A stretch of DNA of 64,000 nucleotides from an uncultured Victivallales bacterium (GCA_944390795.1 CALXRI010000001.1:141092-205091), one strand, 5' to 3'; shown: positions 9,670 to 19,560, counted from the stretch's first letter. Notes: generated by a model from the sequence alone, not told the origin. Translations and numbers: made by a program.

Positions 9670-10435
9670 TTTCCTGCGCTCCTTTTCTGCAAAACAGCTC
9701 GGGGACGCCTTCCTTCAGCATGTCGCGGACGATCTCCTCGACGCCGCGTTCCGGCCGCCAGGTAAAATACTTCTCCAGACGTCCGGTGTCCAGTGAAAAA
9801 ACGGGAATTTCCCGCCGGCTTTCGTCGTCGGTGATCCGCAGGACATGGCCTGTTGCGCACTCGCAGACGGCGGTCAGCTCCAGCAGCGAAACGCTCGCCC
9901 GGGGTCCGCCCGACACGTGATACACTCCCGGGCGGAACGACCTGATCTGCTCGGCGACCAGTGCGGCGAGGTCCGCAGCGTGCAGAAGATCGAACACCTG
10001 TTTCCCGCTGCCGCCGAAAGACACGTAGCGCAGCGTGTTTGTTCCGTGAAGATGGGCGGAGAGCCATGCGAGACTTGTTCCCGTTCCGCCGATTTCGCAG
10101 CAGCGGTCGAGTATGACGTTGTCCGGCACGTTCCGCTCCTGGAAGCGTTCCGAAATTCCTTTGGAAGAAACGCCGGGCGTCGGTTGCTCCTCCGAGAGCA
10201 TGAAGCGGGTTTCGTATTCGTCATAGTTTTCCCCGAAGAGACGCTTCCGGTCGAGACTGCGCGCCGCGTCGGCGAGAAACACGATCCGGCCGGGAAAATC
10301 CGCCGCGACCGTTTCCAGTTCCGTTTCCGCGCCGCAGAAGACCAGCGTCTCCGTTTCAGCGGACACGTTCGCGAGCGCCGCGCCGAGACACTGCGCGAGA
10401 AAACCGTCCGTCCCCGTTACCGTGACATTCCGCAT
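9662..10435 (-). CDS. Degenerate, internally shortened NAD-dependent epimerase/dehydratase (extended SDR)
   Basis: VTVTGTDGFL (degenerate GxxGxxG), FGGSGKQVFDLLHAADL, VSGG..SVSLLELT; no YxxxK motif found; start placed at MRNVTV. Confidence 0.65.
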   Translation of the reverse strand: MRNVTVTGTDGFLAQCLGAALANVSAETETLVFCGAETELETVAADFPGRIVFLADAARSLDRKRLFGENYDEYETRFMLSEEQPTPGVSSKGISERFQERNVPDNVILDRCCEIGGTGTSLAWLSAHLHGTNTLRYVSFGGSGKQVFDLLHAADLAALVAEQIRSFRPGVYHVSGGPRASVSLLELTAVCECATGHVLRITDDESRREIPVFSLDTGRLEKYFTWRPERGVEEIVRDMLKEGVPELFCRKGAQENV

Positions 10436-10446
10436 CGGCAGAGCTC

Positions 10447-10881
10447 TCAGTCCGGCTGTTCCACGGTGATGACGCGTTCTTCCTCCGTTTCGCCGCGCCG
10501 GATGTCCACGTAGACCGTGTGCGGGGGAAAAAGCCCCTGAATCCGCTCCGGCCACTCGATCAGCGCGACGCCGTCCGCCGCATAGAGGAATTCGTCGATC
10601 CCGAAGGCCAGCGCGGCATCCGGACTGTCGATCCGGTAGAGATCGAGATGGAAGAAGATTCCCTTTTCAAACGGATATTCCTGCACGATCGTGAAAGTGG
10701 GACTGGAGACCGGCTCCGTGATGCCGAGTGCGTGCGCGAATCCCGAGGCGAACACTGTTTTCCCTGCGCCGAGATCGCCGTGCAGGGCGTAAACCGAACC
10801 GGGGCGTGTCCGAGCGGCAAGTGCTGCCGCCACGGCTTTCGTCTCCTCCGGCGAGGAGGTCCTATACAGTTTCTTTTTCAT
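10447..10881 (-). CDS. tsaE: tRNA t6A biosynthesis ATPase TsaE
   Basis: LHGDLGAGKT, VSSPTFTIVQEY, HLDLYRI, LIEW. Confidence 0.96.
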   Translation of the reverse strand: MKKKLYRTSSPEETKAVAAALAARTRPGSVYALHGDLGAGKTVFASGFAHALGITEPVSSPTFTIVQEYPFEKGIFFHLDLYRIDSPDAALAFGIDEFLYAADGVALIEWPERIQGLFPPHTVYVDIRRGETEEERVITVEQPD

Positions 10882-11767
10882 GGAAATGATCGAATCCTGT
10901 CTTCAGTTTGTTCCATTTCAAATGCTCCAGACCGGAAACGGCGCCCGGTGCTCCTTCGGTAAAACGCCCGATGCAGCTGAGCGGCGTTTCAGGGAACGGC
11001 CATGCCGCCTCCAGCTCCTCGGAAAGCGGAGGAGGAAGGGCGAAAATCAGTTCATAGTCCTCGCCGTCTCCGAGTGCGCCCTCGATTGTCGCGCCGCGCC
11101 GCAGGGGAATCCGGAGCGGATCCAGCACAAGCGCGCATCCGGACGCGTCGGCGATCCGCGCCGCATCCTTGAGCAGCCCGTCGCTGACATCCATCATCGC
11201 ATGCGTGAAACGTCCGGCGAGAAAACGAGCCTCCTCCAGACGCGGTTTGAATTCAAGATGATGCCCGGAATGAAATGCGTTGCCGAACGCGCCCGTGGCA
11301 TACAGGAGATCGCCGGTTTTCGCGCCGGAGCGCAGGCAGAGCTTTCCGCGTTCGACGTTTCCGAGAATTGTCAGGGAGCAGACCTCCCCTTTCGTGAACA
11401 GGCGCGCAATGTCACCGCCGATCACGGAGACGCCGTGCGCCGCCGCCGTTTCCGCGAGAGATGAATGAAAATCCGTGAGCCAGATTTCATCCACGGGGTT
11501 CAATGCCAGCGTCACCAGCGCATGAGTCGGAACTCCGCCCATTGCGGCAATGTCGCTGATGTTCCGGTGCAGCAGCTTTCTTGCGGCATAGGCCGGGGGG
11601 CATCCTTCCAGATAATGAACCGAGGAAACAACCTGATCCGCGGCGGCAAGCAGCAGACGGTCCGATCCCGTGTCAAGCACGGCGCAGTCGTCGCCGGGTC
11701 CGACCAGAATGTCCGGTCCCTGCGCAAACATTCCGGCAAGTTTCTTTGTGAAATCTTCTTCGTTCAT
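10862..11767 (-). CDS. thiL: Thiamine-monophosphate kinase
   Basis: GPGDDCAV, NISDIAAMGG, IGGD, MDVSDGL, GEDYELIF. Confidence 0.95.
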   Translation of the reverse strand: MNEEDFTKKLAGMFAQGPDILVGPGDDCAVLDTGSDRLLLAAADQVVSSVHYLEGCPPAYAARKLLHRNISDIAAMGGVPTHALVTLALNPVDEIWLTDFHSSLAETAAAHGVSVIGGDIARLFTKGEVCSLTILGNVERGKLCLRSGAKTGDLLYATGAFGNAFHSGHHLEFKPRLEEARFLAGRFTHAMMDVSDGLLKDAARIADASGCALVLDPLRIPLRRGATIEGALGDGEDYELIFALPPPLSEELEAAWPFPETPLSCIGRFTEGAPGAVSGLEHLKWNKLKTGFDHFHEKETV

Positions 11768-11923
11768 TGCGTTCTCCGATTCTGCAACCTTGATAATCTA
11801 CTGATTTTTTCCCGCCCATCAAATAAAAAATGAAATATTTCACACTTTTTTATTTGAATCCTTTTCCGCGCGGGAATATCTTTGGAAACAGAAAGTCCGA
11901 ATCCGGTGTTTCAGAGAGGCATT

Positions 11924-12466
11924 ATGAAGAAGAATCCGTTCCTGATCTGCGGCATTGCGTTTTTTTTCTCCGCATTTCCATTTTCCTTTCCCGGAGCCGG
12001 AGCTCCGCTTGAAGATCCGTTCCGTTTGGAGGAGAGTCTTGCGCGGGAACTTTCCGCGGCCGCCCGGCGCGGCGTGCGTCATCTTGCTTCGCTGCAAAAG
12101 CAAAACGGCGCATTTTCGGACGATCCGGATTCCGACCGCCGGATTGCGGCTTTGATCGGAGCGTTTGCCGGTGAGGAGGAGGATCTGAAAACGGCTCTGC
12201 GGAATCACCGTCCGCCGGAAGGAACGGCACGCACCGGAAAGAAATCCGCGCCGGATCCGGAATCGGAAGGCTGCCGCGAACTGTTTGAACTGGTCCGCGC
12301 ACTTCGGAAAGCGGAGAAAGGCCCTCTGTTTCCGAAGCGTTTCCGTGCGTGGCGGCGCGATGCGGCGGAACGTCTGCTGGAAACTCAGAATGCCGAAGGC
12401 GCATGGGGAAACGCGCGCGGCACATTTTACGCCCTTTGTGCGATCCGTCTGATTTTTCTGATTTGA
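11924..12466 (+). CDS. Small secreted protein with two prenyltransferase/squalene-cyclase (QW-like) repeats
   Basis: Signal-like N-terminus; RGVRHLASLQKQNGAF and AERLLETQNAEGAWG. Confidence 0.55.
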   Translation: MKKNPFLICGIAFFFSAFPFSFPGAGAPLEDPFRLEESLARELSAAARRGVRHLASLQKQNGAFSDDPDSDRRIAALIGAFAGEEEDLKTALRNHRPPEGTARTGKKSAPDPESEGCRELFELVRALRKAEKGPLFPKRFRAWRRDAAERLLETQNAEGAWGNARGTFYALCAIRLIFLI

Positions 12467-12534
12467 CTCTTGACGGACCGCGGGATATTGTACAGGCATT
12501 TTCACTAAAAAAATACAGAAAAAAGGAGTGTTCC

Positions 12535-13107
12535 ATGTCGTTTCTCAAACACATTCTTCCGGCGGCTCTTTTTGCCGTGTCCCTCGTTTTCGCGACTGAA
12601 ACCGGCGCTCAGGAAACGCAGGAGAAAAACCCGTTTTCCCGTGAGATCTCCGCGGTAAAACGTGCGGAGAAACGTCTCCAGAAGGCGAAAAGCGCCTCGG
12701 CTAAGAAAAGAGCCGAAGCCAATTTGAAAAAAGAACAGGAGAAACTGGCGGAAGCGTTGAAGGAGGAGACGGAAAAATACGAGAAGACTCTGAAGGCGGT
12801 CGAGGAAGAGCTGAAACAGAAGACGGAAAAAGAAGGCGACAGCGAAAAGAACGCCGCACAGATTGAAAAGCTGGAGGCAAAAAAGGCGGCCTGCGAGGAA
12901 AGGATCGAAAAGCTGAAAGCCTTTGCAGCCCTTGATTCCGCTGCTGAAAAGTCCGCCAAAAAGGATGACAAGGATACGAAGAAAGAGACAAAGTCCGAGA
13001 AGAAGGATACGAAGAAAGAGACAAAGTCCGAGAAGAAGGATACGAAGAAAGAGACAAAGTCCGAGAAGAAGGATACGAAGAAAGAGAAGAAATCAAAAAA
13101 GAAATGA
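12535..13107 (+). CDS. Secreted Lys/Glu-rich coiled-coil protein with a repetitive basic tail
   Basis: GGAG RBS, signal peptide MSFLKHILPAALFAVSLVFA, coiled coil, (KKDTKKETKSE)n tail. Confidence 0.8.
   Translation: MSFLKHILPAALFAVSLVFATETGAQETQEKNPFSREISAVKRAEKRLQKAKSASAKKRAEANLKKEQEKLAEALKEETEKYEKTLKAVEEELKQKTEKEGDSEKNAAQIEKLEAKKAACEERIEKLKAFAALDSAAEKSAKKDDKDTKKETKSEKKDTKKETKSEKKDTKKETKSEKKDTKKEKKSKKK
12970..13087 (+). repeat. In-frame 33-bp tandem repeat, about 3.6 perfect copies
   Basis: AAGGATACGAAGAAAGAGACAAAGTCCGAGAAG at 12970, 13003 and 13036, partial copy at 13069. Confidence 0.95.
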
Positions 13108-13125
13108 TCCGGCATTTCTCTTCCA

Positions 13126-14652
13126 ATGCCTCATTTTGAATGGATTCATCTGATCTGTGCCGGCGCAGTTGCAGCTGCGGCGCTTCTGGTCGTGCTGCAT
13201 ATCCTTTTCACGATGCGCGACGATTCCGAACGGGCATCCATGTGGATCATTCTCGTCCTCTGTCTGCCGGTTGCCGGCATTGTGCTTTATCTGCTTGCCG
13301 GGATCACGCGCCGGAATACCCTGGGAAAACGGATTTCTCACGCGGTTGAGGAGTTTCTCAGGAACCGCGGCGAGGCGGAACACCGCGGACTCAGGGAGTA
13401 CCGGGACGCCATGGAACGTTTTGTCAGCGACGGCGGTTCCCGGGAAAGCACCATGAGTCACCGCCGGATGCTGGATGCGCTGATCCGCGCTTCGCTTGAG
13501 GACCCCGCGTCAGCGTCCATGATTCCCGGAACCGTTCCGCTTTCCGGCAACCGCCTGGAACTGCTGTGCGACGGTTCCGCCGCATATCCGGCCATGATCG
13601 AATGCATCCGTTCCGCCCGTCACAACATCAACATGCAGACTTTCATTTTCGCGGACGACCGTTTCGGACGGATCATGATGGGGGAACTTCGGAAAAAAGC
13701 GCTCGAGGGCGTTCAGGTGCGTGTGATCTGTGACCGCTTCGGCAGCTTCAAGTCTCTCTTTTCCCTGTTCTTCCTTCCCTACCTGAAACGGACTCCGAAC
13801 CTGCATGTGATCCCCTTTTCCAACACATCGCTCCTGACTCCGTGGCGGATTCAGCTCCGGAACCACCGGAAACTGCTTGTCGTCGACGGCCGAACCGCGT
13901 TCATCGGCGGGCTGAACATCAGTGAAGAGAATTTCAAGTGGTTCACGCGTCCGGAAAGGGAAATCCATGATTTCCACTGCCGTCTGACCGGTCCCGCCGT
14001 CGGGGAGCTCCAGTATGCGTTTCTCTGCGACTGGTTCTACGCGTCGCGCGACCGCGAAGCGCTTTTCACACGCGATTTCTTTCCCGTTCCGGAAGCGTGC
14101 GGAGACTCCGTTGTCCGCACGGTTCCAAGCGGGCATGGCTACTTGTTTGAAGGTTCGGAGAAAGTGTTTTTCACAGCCGCTTCCACCGCGCGGAAATCCA
14201 TCTGGATCATTACGCCTTACTTTGCTCCGTCGAAGGATTTCTCCAAGGCGCTCCGGATGGCGTCCGCGCGCGGTGTGGATGTCCGCCTGATCGTGCCGCG
14301 CAACAACAACCACTGGTATGTCAAGATGGCGGCGCGCAGTTTCTACGAGTCGCTGACCGGAAACGGCGTGCGGATCTTCGAGCGGCTCGGAACCTTCACG
14401 CATGCGAAAGCGATGCTGGTCGACGGGGAGTGGGCATATTTCGGTTCCAGCAACTGCGACATCCGCAGTTTCAGACTGAACTACGAGCTGGATCTTCTGG
14501 TCTCGCAGGGAGATTTTCCGGAAGTTCTTCACCGCCAGTTCCTGGAAGAACTGAGGAATTCCGCGGAGATCACCCCGCGCGATCTTGCCTCCCGGAGCGT
14601 TCCGCAGAAGCTTCTGGAAAGCATCTGCGCCCTGATGACGCCGGTGCTTTGA
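13126..14652 (+). CDS. cls: Cardiolipin synthase (PLD family)
   Basis: Two N-terminal TMs and two HKD motifs (RNHRKLLVVD, HAKAMLVD..GSSNCDIRSFRLNYE). Confidence 0.93.
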   Translation: MPHFEWIHLICAGAVAAAALLVVLHILFTMRDDSERASMWIILVLCLPVAGIVLYLLAGITRRNTLGKRISHAVEEFLRNRGEAEHRGLREYRDAMERFVSDGGSRESTMSHRRMLDALIRASLEDPASASMIPGTVPLSGNRLELLCDGSAAYPAMIECIRSARHNINMQTFIFADDRFGRIMMGELRKKALEGVQVRVICDRFGSFKSLFSLFFLPYLKRTPNLHVIPFSNTSLLTPWRIQLRNHRKLLVVDGRTAFIGGLNISEENFKWFTRPEREIHDFHCRLTGPAVGELQYAFLCDWFYASRDREALFTRDFFPVPEACGDSVVRTVPSGHGYLFEGSEKVFFTAASTARKSIWIITPYFAPSKDFSKALRMASARGVDVRLIVPRNNNHWYVKMAARSFYESLTGNGVRIFERLGTFTHAKAMLVDGEWAYFGSSNCDIRSFRLNYELDLLVSQGDFPEVLHRQFLEELRNSAEITPRDLASRSVPQKLLESICALMTPVL

Positions 14653-14697
14653 ACTCCGTTCGGAAATTCTGTCCGGATCTTCCTTTCCGTGCGGACG

Positions 14698-17600
14698 TTA
14701 TGAATGCAGCAGTTTCCAGACGCGATAGTATTCCGAAATTCCCCATGCCTGCGCGCCGCAGCCGCGCTGCGCATGCGGATAATCGCCGTCGAGAATTTCA
14801 GCCAGCTGGGAAATGCATCCGTCGTTCATGATCAGCGAACACGAGGAGAGCAGTGCGCGGGCGGTCCGCCGTCCCGCCTGTCCGTAAGTCATGAAATACG
14901 CTTCGCAGTAGGCGGGGAATTGCCAGGTCCATGCGGTTCCGTTGTGATAAGCCACTTTGCGCCGGGTGTCCTCGTCGCCTTCATAGTGTCCCTGATAGGG
15001 ATGACGCGGATCATTCAGCAGCGTTCCGGAGGCGCTGTAAATCGCGAGTGCATAGTCGGTTTTCCGGTCCGCCAGACTGCGGATCGCGCCCGGAATCAGA
15101 AGTCCGGAACAGGCGTTCAGCATCCGCACCGCCCTGTCATGGTCGCGGAGTGCCCCAAGCGTCAGCGCGTAGAGCTGGTTCGGGCGCAGGTGGTCGTCCG
15201 CCACGGCTTCGGCCGCCGGAGTGCCGGGTTCGCAGTGAAGACAGTCGGAAAGGTAGCCGCGTTCCTCCGAGACATAATATTTCGCAATGGAGTCGGCGAC
15301 ACGAAGCGAACGCGCTTTCCATTGCGCTCCCCCCCCTTCGCCGAGAGCCTCGGAAAGGAAACGCAGCGCACCGAACCACAGCGCCTGGATTTCAATCGGG
15401 TAGCCCTGGCGCGGCGTGCCGGCCGGATAATTCGTATCCATCCATGTGAAATGGGACGGACTGAAGACAAGCATGGAGTCCGGATCGACGGTGATTCCGT
15501 TTGGCGTGCCGGCGAGCAGCCCCTCCGCAAGGGCGACGAGTGTTTCGAGAAGCGTTTTCCCGTTTTTCACCCGTTCGCGCAGAAAATCATGTCCGCCTTC
15601 CGCGAGGCAGAGATCGCGGCACGCTGTGAACAGCCAGAGCTGTGCGTCGGAGGTGTCGCGGTTGTCGGCGTTTCCTCCGAAGATCATGTTCGGAATGGTG
15701 CCGTTCTGAGCGTATGAGGCGAACTGGAGGAGAATCGCCTTGACATGGGTCCGGAATTCCGGCGCGGCAATCAGTCCGCGTGCCGCGATCAGCGTATCGC
15801 GTCCCCAGTCGAGAAACCACGGATAACCTGCGATTACCGTTTTCAGGTCTCCGCGCTTCACGATGAACTGTGAAAGCGCGGTCAGCATGGTGTTTTCCAC
15901 GGAGGTGTCGCGCTTCCGGTCGAATGCCGCCTCGCTGACCATGGCCGGAGGAATTTTCGGCGAGTCGGGCGAAGTCAGCATCTGGCCTGCGATATGGAGC
16001 GCTTCGCCTCCGGCGAGCTGCACCGAGAAATAGCCGGGACTGAAAAGATCGCTGTTGGGCTCCAGTCCGCGCGAAGCCTCTTTTTCCTGCCAGATCATGT
16101 AGGTCCACTCGTCATCGCGCTGGAAATGTCCTTTTGACGCGCTCACGGAGAGAATCCGGTCCGGAGCGGGATGGAATTCAAATCCGGCTTCGGAATTTTT
16201 GACGAGTCCGGGCCAGTAGCGTTCGGGTCCCATGGAGGCTTTGGTTTCCTCGTGGAACGAACGGTCCTCGATATCGGGCCGGATGATGATCTTTACCGGC
16301 GTGTCGTCGCAGAGCCGGCGGCTTTTTCCCTCGCAGGAGGAGCGCGACAGCGTCAGCATCACGGCGTTTTCATCATAAAGGATCTCCTGCTTGACACGGA
16401 TTTCCACGAACATGCCGTTTCCGACGGGCAGTTCATATTCCCAGACGCCTCCTCCGTTTCCGGCAATGTGAAACTCCCTCAGACAGTCGATGGAAAACTC
16501 CTGAATGCGTGCATGATGCACCGCCCACATCCGGAAACGCCGGAGCATGATATGGCGGTTGACCGGATAATCGGGATTCAGATTGCCGAGCAGAAGCGCG
16601 TCGTAGCGGCTCCGCAGCTCGCCGGGTTCCACGGGCATCCAGATCAGGGCGCCGCGCCCGTTCGCCTGAAGGAAGTTGCGTTTGCCGCGCCGCAGTTCCT
16701 CCGTGCCGTAGGAGAGTTTGAACTCTTTCACATCCTCGGCCAGAAACACGACGGGGGAAACCATCCGTTCCAGTTTGTCCGTTCCGAATACCGAAAGAAT
16801 GAGACTTGCCTTCCGGTGTTCGCGCGGAACCGGCACGGGAGGCAGCAGTGCGAAAAATCCTCCGGATGTTTCCCGCAGGCTGTTCGTGAGCGAAATGATC
16901 TTTCCGTCGACTGAAAAACAGACGCGGAAGCGGCATGGGGCCTTGACCAGCAGGAAATGTTCCGGGGGAATCATGACGGCGCGTTTAGCGTCCTCCGGCC
17001 AGTTCCAGGTTGCAAGCGGCGTTTCCGTTTCTTCGCCGCAGAGTCCGCGCAGGAACTTCTCCGGAGAGTGCAGCAGCTGTTCCGCCGCGGATGCCGCATC
17101 CGGGCCGCAGGCGATGATGGAATGGTTTCTGGCGACTAGTGCGCGGAACGCCATTGCGGAGGCTTCCTGACGCTCCAGTTTGTCCGGCAGGAAACGATCG
17201 CGCGCCTCCAGTTCGATGATGCGTTCCAGCACGTGTTTGTCCGCGCACAGGCAGACGATCTGGCCGCCGGCGAGCATCAGGGAACGCCGTCCGCCGGAGG
17301 TCCGGACAAGGCTGATCCGTCTTCCGCTGATCAGGTCATGCACGGTTTCAGCGTCGAACGGCGCGGAATAGATGTTCCATGTCACATTGGTGCTTTTCCC
17401 CGTTTCCAGGTTGATTGCGACAATCACGGAGTGTATCCCCTCCGCGTCGCTTCTGCCGACAATCACGCCGTAGGGCGTGCCGGAGTCGATGAAGTTCACC
17501 GTCGCGCCGTTGTGGAACGCCGGATGCGCCGCAAGAATTGTGTTGAGGCGGCCGATCAGCTCGATCTGATTGGGAACCGCGCCCCAGTTCAGGGCGGAGG

Positions 17601-18993
17601 ATTCGTGCACGTCGATTTTTTCCGTGGCGAACCATTCGACGCCGTTTGCGAACCCGAATGCGCCGTTGGTGGATGTCAGTGCGCAGAGCGCCGTCCGCAT
17701 GCGCGCATATTCCGGCGAGACGGCGGCAAGACGGCTGTTGTCATGGGTTTCCGCGTAATGCACCATGACTCCGTCTCCGGAACTGCGCATCCACGCGTAG
17801 TTCAGGTACCCTTCGATCTGTTCGCGGGAGTAGTTCTGGAACAGTTCGGAGTAGGCCCAGTTCATGTTCGCCTGATCGAGGAGATTCGCTGTTACCGCCG
17901 GATCGCCCCCCAGCCCTTCAAGCAGGAAGATCGTTTCCGGGAATTCCTCGCGGACGCAGGCTGTGATGTACTCCCATGCCGCTTCGGGAATCATGTATCC
18001 GGCGTCGCAGCGGAAGCCGTCCACGCCCCGCATGCACCAGATTCGGAAGACTTCCGCAAGATATTTCCAGAGTTCCGGCTTGGAGTGGTCCAGTTCGGTC
18101 AGGTCGCCCCAGACGACGCCCCATGCGCCGGGGGAATGAATCGTGCCGTCCTTTTCCCGGACCAGCCATTCCGGATGCGTCTCATGGAGTTTTGCCGCCC
18201 AGCCGGTATGGTTGATCGCGATGTCGATGAAAAGCTTCCCGTTTTTCCGATGGACCGCGTCGACCAGCTCCCGGAACTGGTCCAGCGGGGTCGCCTTGCG
18301 GTCGAACTCGGCAAGTTCGGGATTGACCGCGGTGAAATCAAGCGCCGCATAAGGACTGCCGTAGCGTCCCATGCGTCCGTAGACCGTCGGCGCCGGATGG
18401 ATCGGCAGGAGATGCAGAATCCTGCAGTTCAAGGTGTCGAAGATGTGATCCAGTTCCTTGATCAGATCGCGGAAAGTTCCCGACGGAGGGATTACCGCAT
18501 AGGCGTTTCTGTCAAGGCGCGCAAGATCGGAGGCGTCCACATTCTCCGGCAGTCTGGAAACAGGATTGTTCTTGTTCATTCCGAACTGGCGGACGAAAGC
18601 GCAGTAAATGCTGTTGGAGCAGCAGTAGGTGGCCGGTTCCACGTTGATATGGACATTTTCGCCTTCAATCCAGGCGGGTTCGCCGTCCTTCTCCCCGGCA
18701 ATATAGCATTTCGCCTCGAAGTGTCCCTCCTCGGTCAGCATGAAAGTGAGGCTGAACGTATAGTCGTCGATTTTGTTCATCCGGACGTTGTGCCAGTCCT
18801 GAAAACCGGGCGTGACGCCTTTTTCCACTTTTGCGATTGTCTCCGCGCGCTTCCACGCGGCGTTTCCGAGATTTGTCATCAGACAGGCTGCGCCGGGAAT
18901 CACAGTGTCGCTTTCGATCCGGAATTCCAGCAGATCCCCGCAGTGGAGCAGACAGTGTTTTCCCTGAGGCGGAGTCTGGATGTATTTTGCCAT
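14698..18993 (-). CDS. Two-catalytic-domain glycogen debranching enzyme (GH13 domain + GH133 amylo-alpha-1,6-glucosidase)
   Basis: GH13 motifs GSPYA, DIAINH, GVDGFRCDAG, FLLEG, ETHDN; C-terminal IAGYPWFLDWGRDT, TWMDT, LRPNQ, YHNGTAW, QAWG. Confidence 0.88.
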   Translation of the reverse strand: MAKYIQTPPQGKHCLLHCGDLLEFRIESDTVIPGAACLMTNLGNAAWKRAETIAKVEKGVTPGFQDWHNVRMNKIDDYTFSLTFMLTEEGHFEAKCYIAGEKDGEPAWIEGENVHINVEPATYCCSNSIYCAFVRQFGMNKNNPVSRLPENVDASDLARLDRNAYAVIPPSGTFRDLIKELDHIFDTLNCRILHLLPIHPAPTVYGRMGRYGSPYAALDFTAVNPELAEFDRKATPLDQFRELVDAVHRKNGKLFIDIAINHTGWAAKLHETHPEWLVREKDGTIHSPGAWGVVWGDLTELDHSKPELWKYLAEVFRIWCMRGVDGFRCDAGYMIPEAAWEYITACVREEFPETIFLLEGLGGDPAVTANLLDQANMNWAYSELFQNYSREQIEGYLNYAWMRSSGDGVMVHYAETHDNSRLAAVSPEYARMRTALCALTSTNGAFGFANGVEWFATEKIDVHESSALNWGAVPNQIELIGRLNTILAAHPAFHNGATVNFIDSGTPYGVIVGRSDAEGIHSVIVAINLETGKSTNVTWNIYSAPFDAETVHDLISGRRISLVRTSGGRRSLMLAGGQIVCLCADKHVLERIIELEARDRFLPDKLERQEASAMAFRALVARNHSIIACGPDAASAAEQLLHSPEKFLRGLCGEETETPLATWNWPEDAKRAVMIPPEHFLLVKAPCRFRVCFSVDGKIISLTNSLRETSGGFFALLPPVPVPREHRKASLILSVFGTDKLERMVSPVVFLAEDVKEFKLSYGTEELRRGKRNFLQANGRGALIWMPVEPGELRSRYDALLLGNLNPDYPVNRHIMLRRFRMWAVHHARIQEFSIDCLREFHIAGNGGGVWEYELPVGNGMFVEIRVKQEILYDENAVMLTLSRSSCEGKSRRLCDDTPVKIIIRPDIEDRSFHEETKASMGPERYWPGLVKNSEAGFEFHPAPDRILSVSASKGHFQRDDEWTYMIWQEKEASRGLEPNSDLFSPGYFSVQLAGGEALHIAGQMLTSPDSPKIPPAMVSEAAFDRKRDTSVENTMLTALSQFIVKRGDLKTVIAGYPWFLDWGRDTLIAARGLIAAPEFRTHVKAILLQFASYAQNGTIPNMIFGGNADNRDTSDAQLWLFTACRDLCLAEGGHDFLRERVKNGKTLLETLVALAEGLLAGTPNGITVDPDSMLVFSPSHFTWMDTNYPAGTPRQGYPIEIQALWFGALRFLSEALGEGGGAQWKARSLRVADSIAKYYVSEERGYLSDCLHCEPGTPAAEAVADDHLRPNQLYALTLGALRDHDRAVRMLNACSGLLIPGAIRSLADRKTDYALAIYSASGTLLNDPRHPYQGHYEGDEDTRRKVAYHNGTAWTWQFPAYCEAYFMTYGQAGRRTARALLSSCSLIMNDGCISQLAEILDGDYPHAQRGCGAQAWGISEYYRVWKLLHS

Positions 18994-19005
18994 ATCGCTG
19001 ATCCT

Positions 19006-19560
19006 TTATTTTACGGTGATTTCAAACGGGCGGCTCTCCACGTCCACGGACTGGAGATTCAATTTCCCCTTGATGGTGTAGGGCTCGTGCCGTCCCGTGT
19101 CGCGCAGATCCTTCAGAAACGCCAGCGGAACCACAATGAGGGCCTGATTGGTTCCCGGGTTCAGCACCAGCGGGGAACGGATGTGTAGGCCTCTGGCTTT
19201 CGGGTCGCAGGTGGGGCTCTGCTTCCACCGGTCCGGCGGAAGGTCCGCGGTGCGCTTCAACGTGCCGGGCGCGTAATAAATGTTGAGGTTCGCGTTTTCC
19301 ACCATGTGCCATTCGTCCAGCGTGACCGGTGTCATCCCCGCGTTCTTCAGGGAAAACGTGATTGTCACATTTTCCTCTCCCGCGTAATATTCCGTGCGCG
19401 GCGAGACCACGGACAATTCAAGCGCATAGTCCGTCAGCTTCGGGAAGCGGGTTGCGGAAATCGTGCGTTTGTTCCGGTTCCGGTCCTGTTCCGAGGAACA
19501 GGAGACCGCGAGAAACGCCGCGGCAAGCGCAAGCAACAGTGGAACCATCCTCTTTCTCAT
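19006..19560 (-). CDS. Hypothetical lipoprotein (Ig-like beta fold likely)
   Basis: MRKRMVPLLLALAAAFLAVS|C lipobox; ATG overlaps the stop of the deaminase gene. Confidence 0.75.
   Translation of the reverse strand: MRKRMVPLLLALAAAFLAVSCSSEQDRNRNKRTISATRFPKLTDYALELSVVSPRTEYYAGEENVTITFSLKNAGMTPVTLDEWHMVENANLNIYYAPGTLKRTADLPPDRWKQSPTCDPKARGLHIRSPLVLNPGTNQALIVVPLAFLKDLRDTGRHEPYTIKGKLNLQSVDVESRPFEITVK

Noticed and set aside
12970-13087. 33-bp repeat as a possible CRISPR array
   Set aside because: The copies are head-to-tail without spacers, in frame within a CDS, and no cas genes are present.
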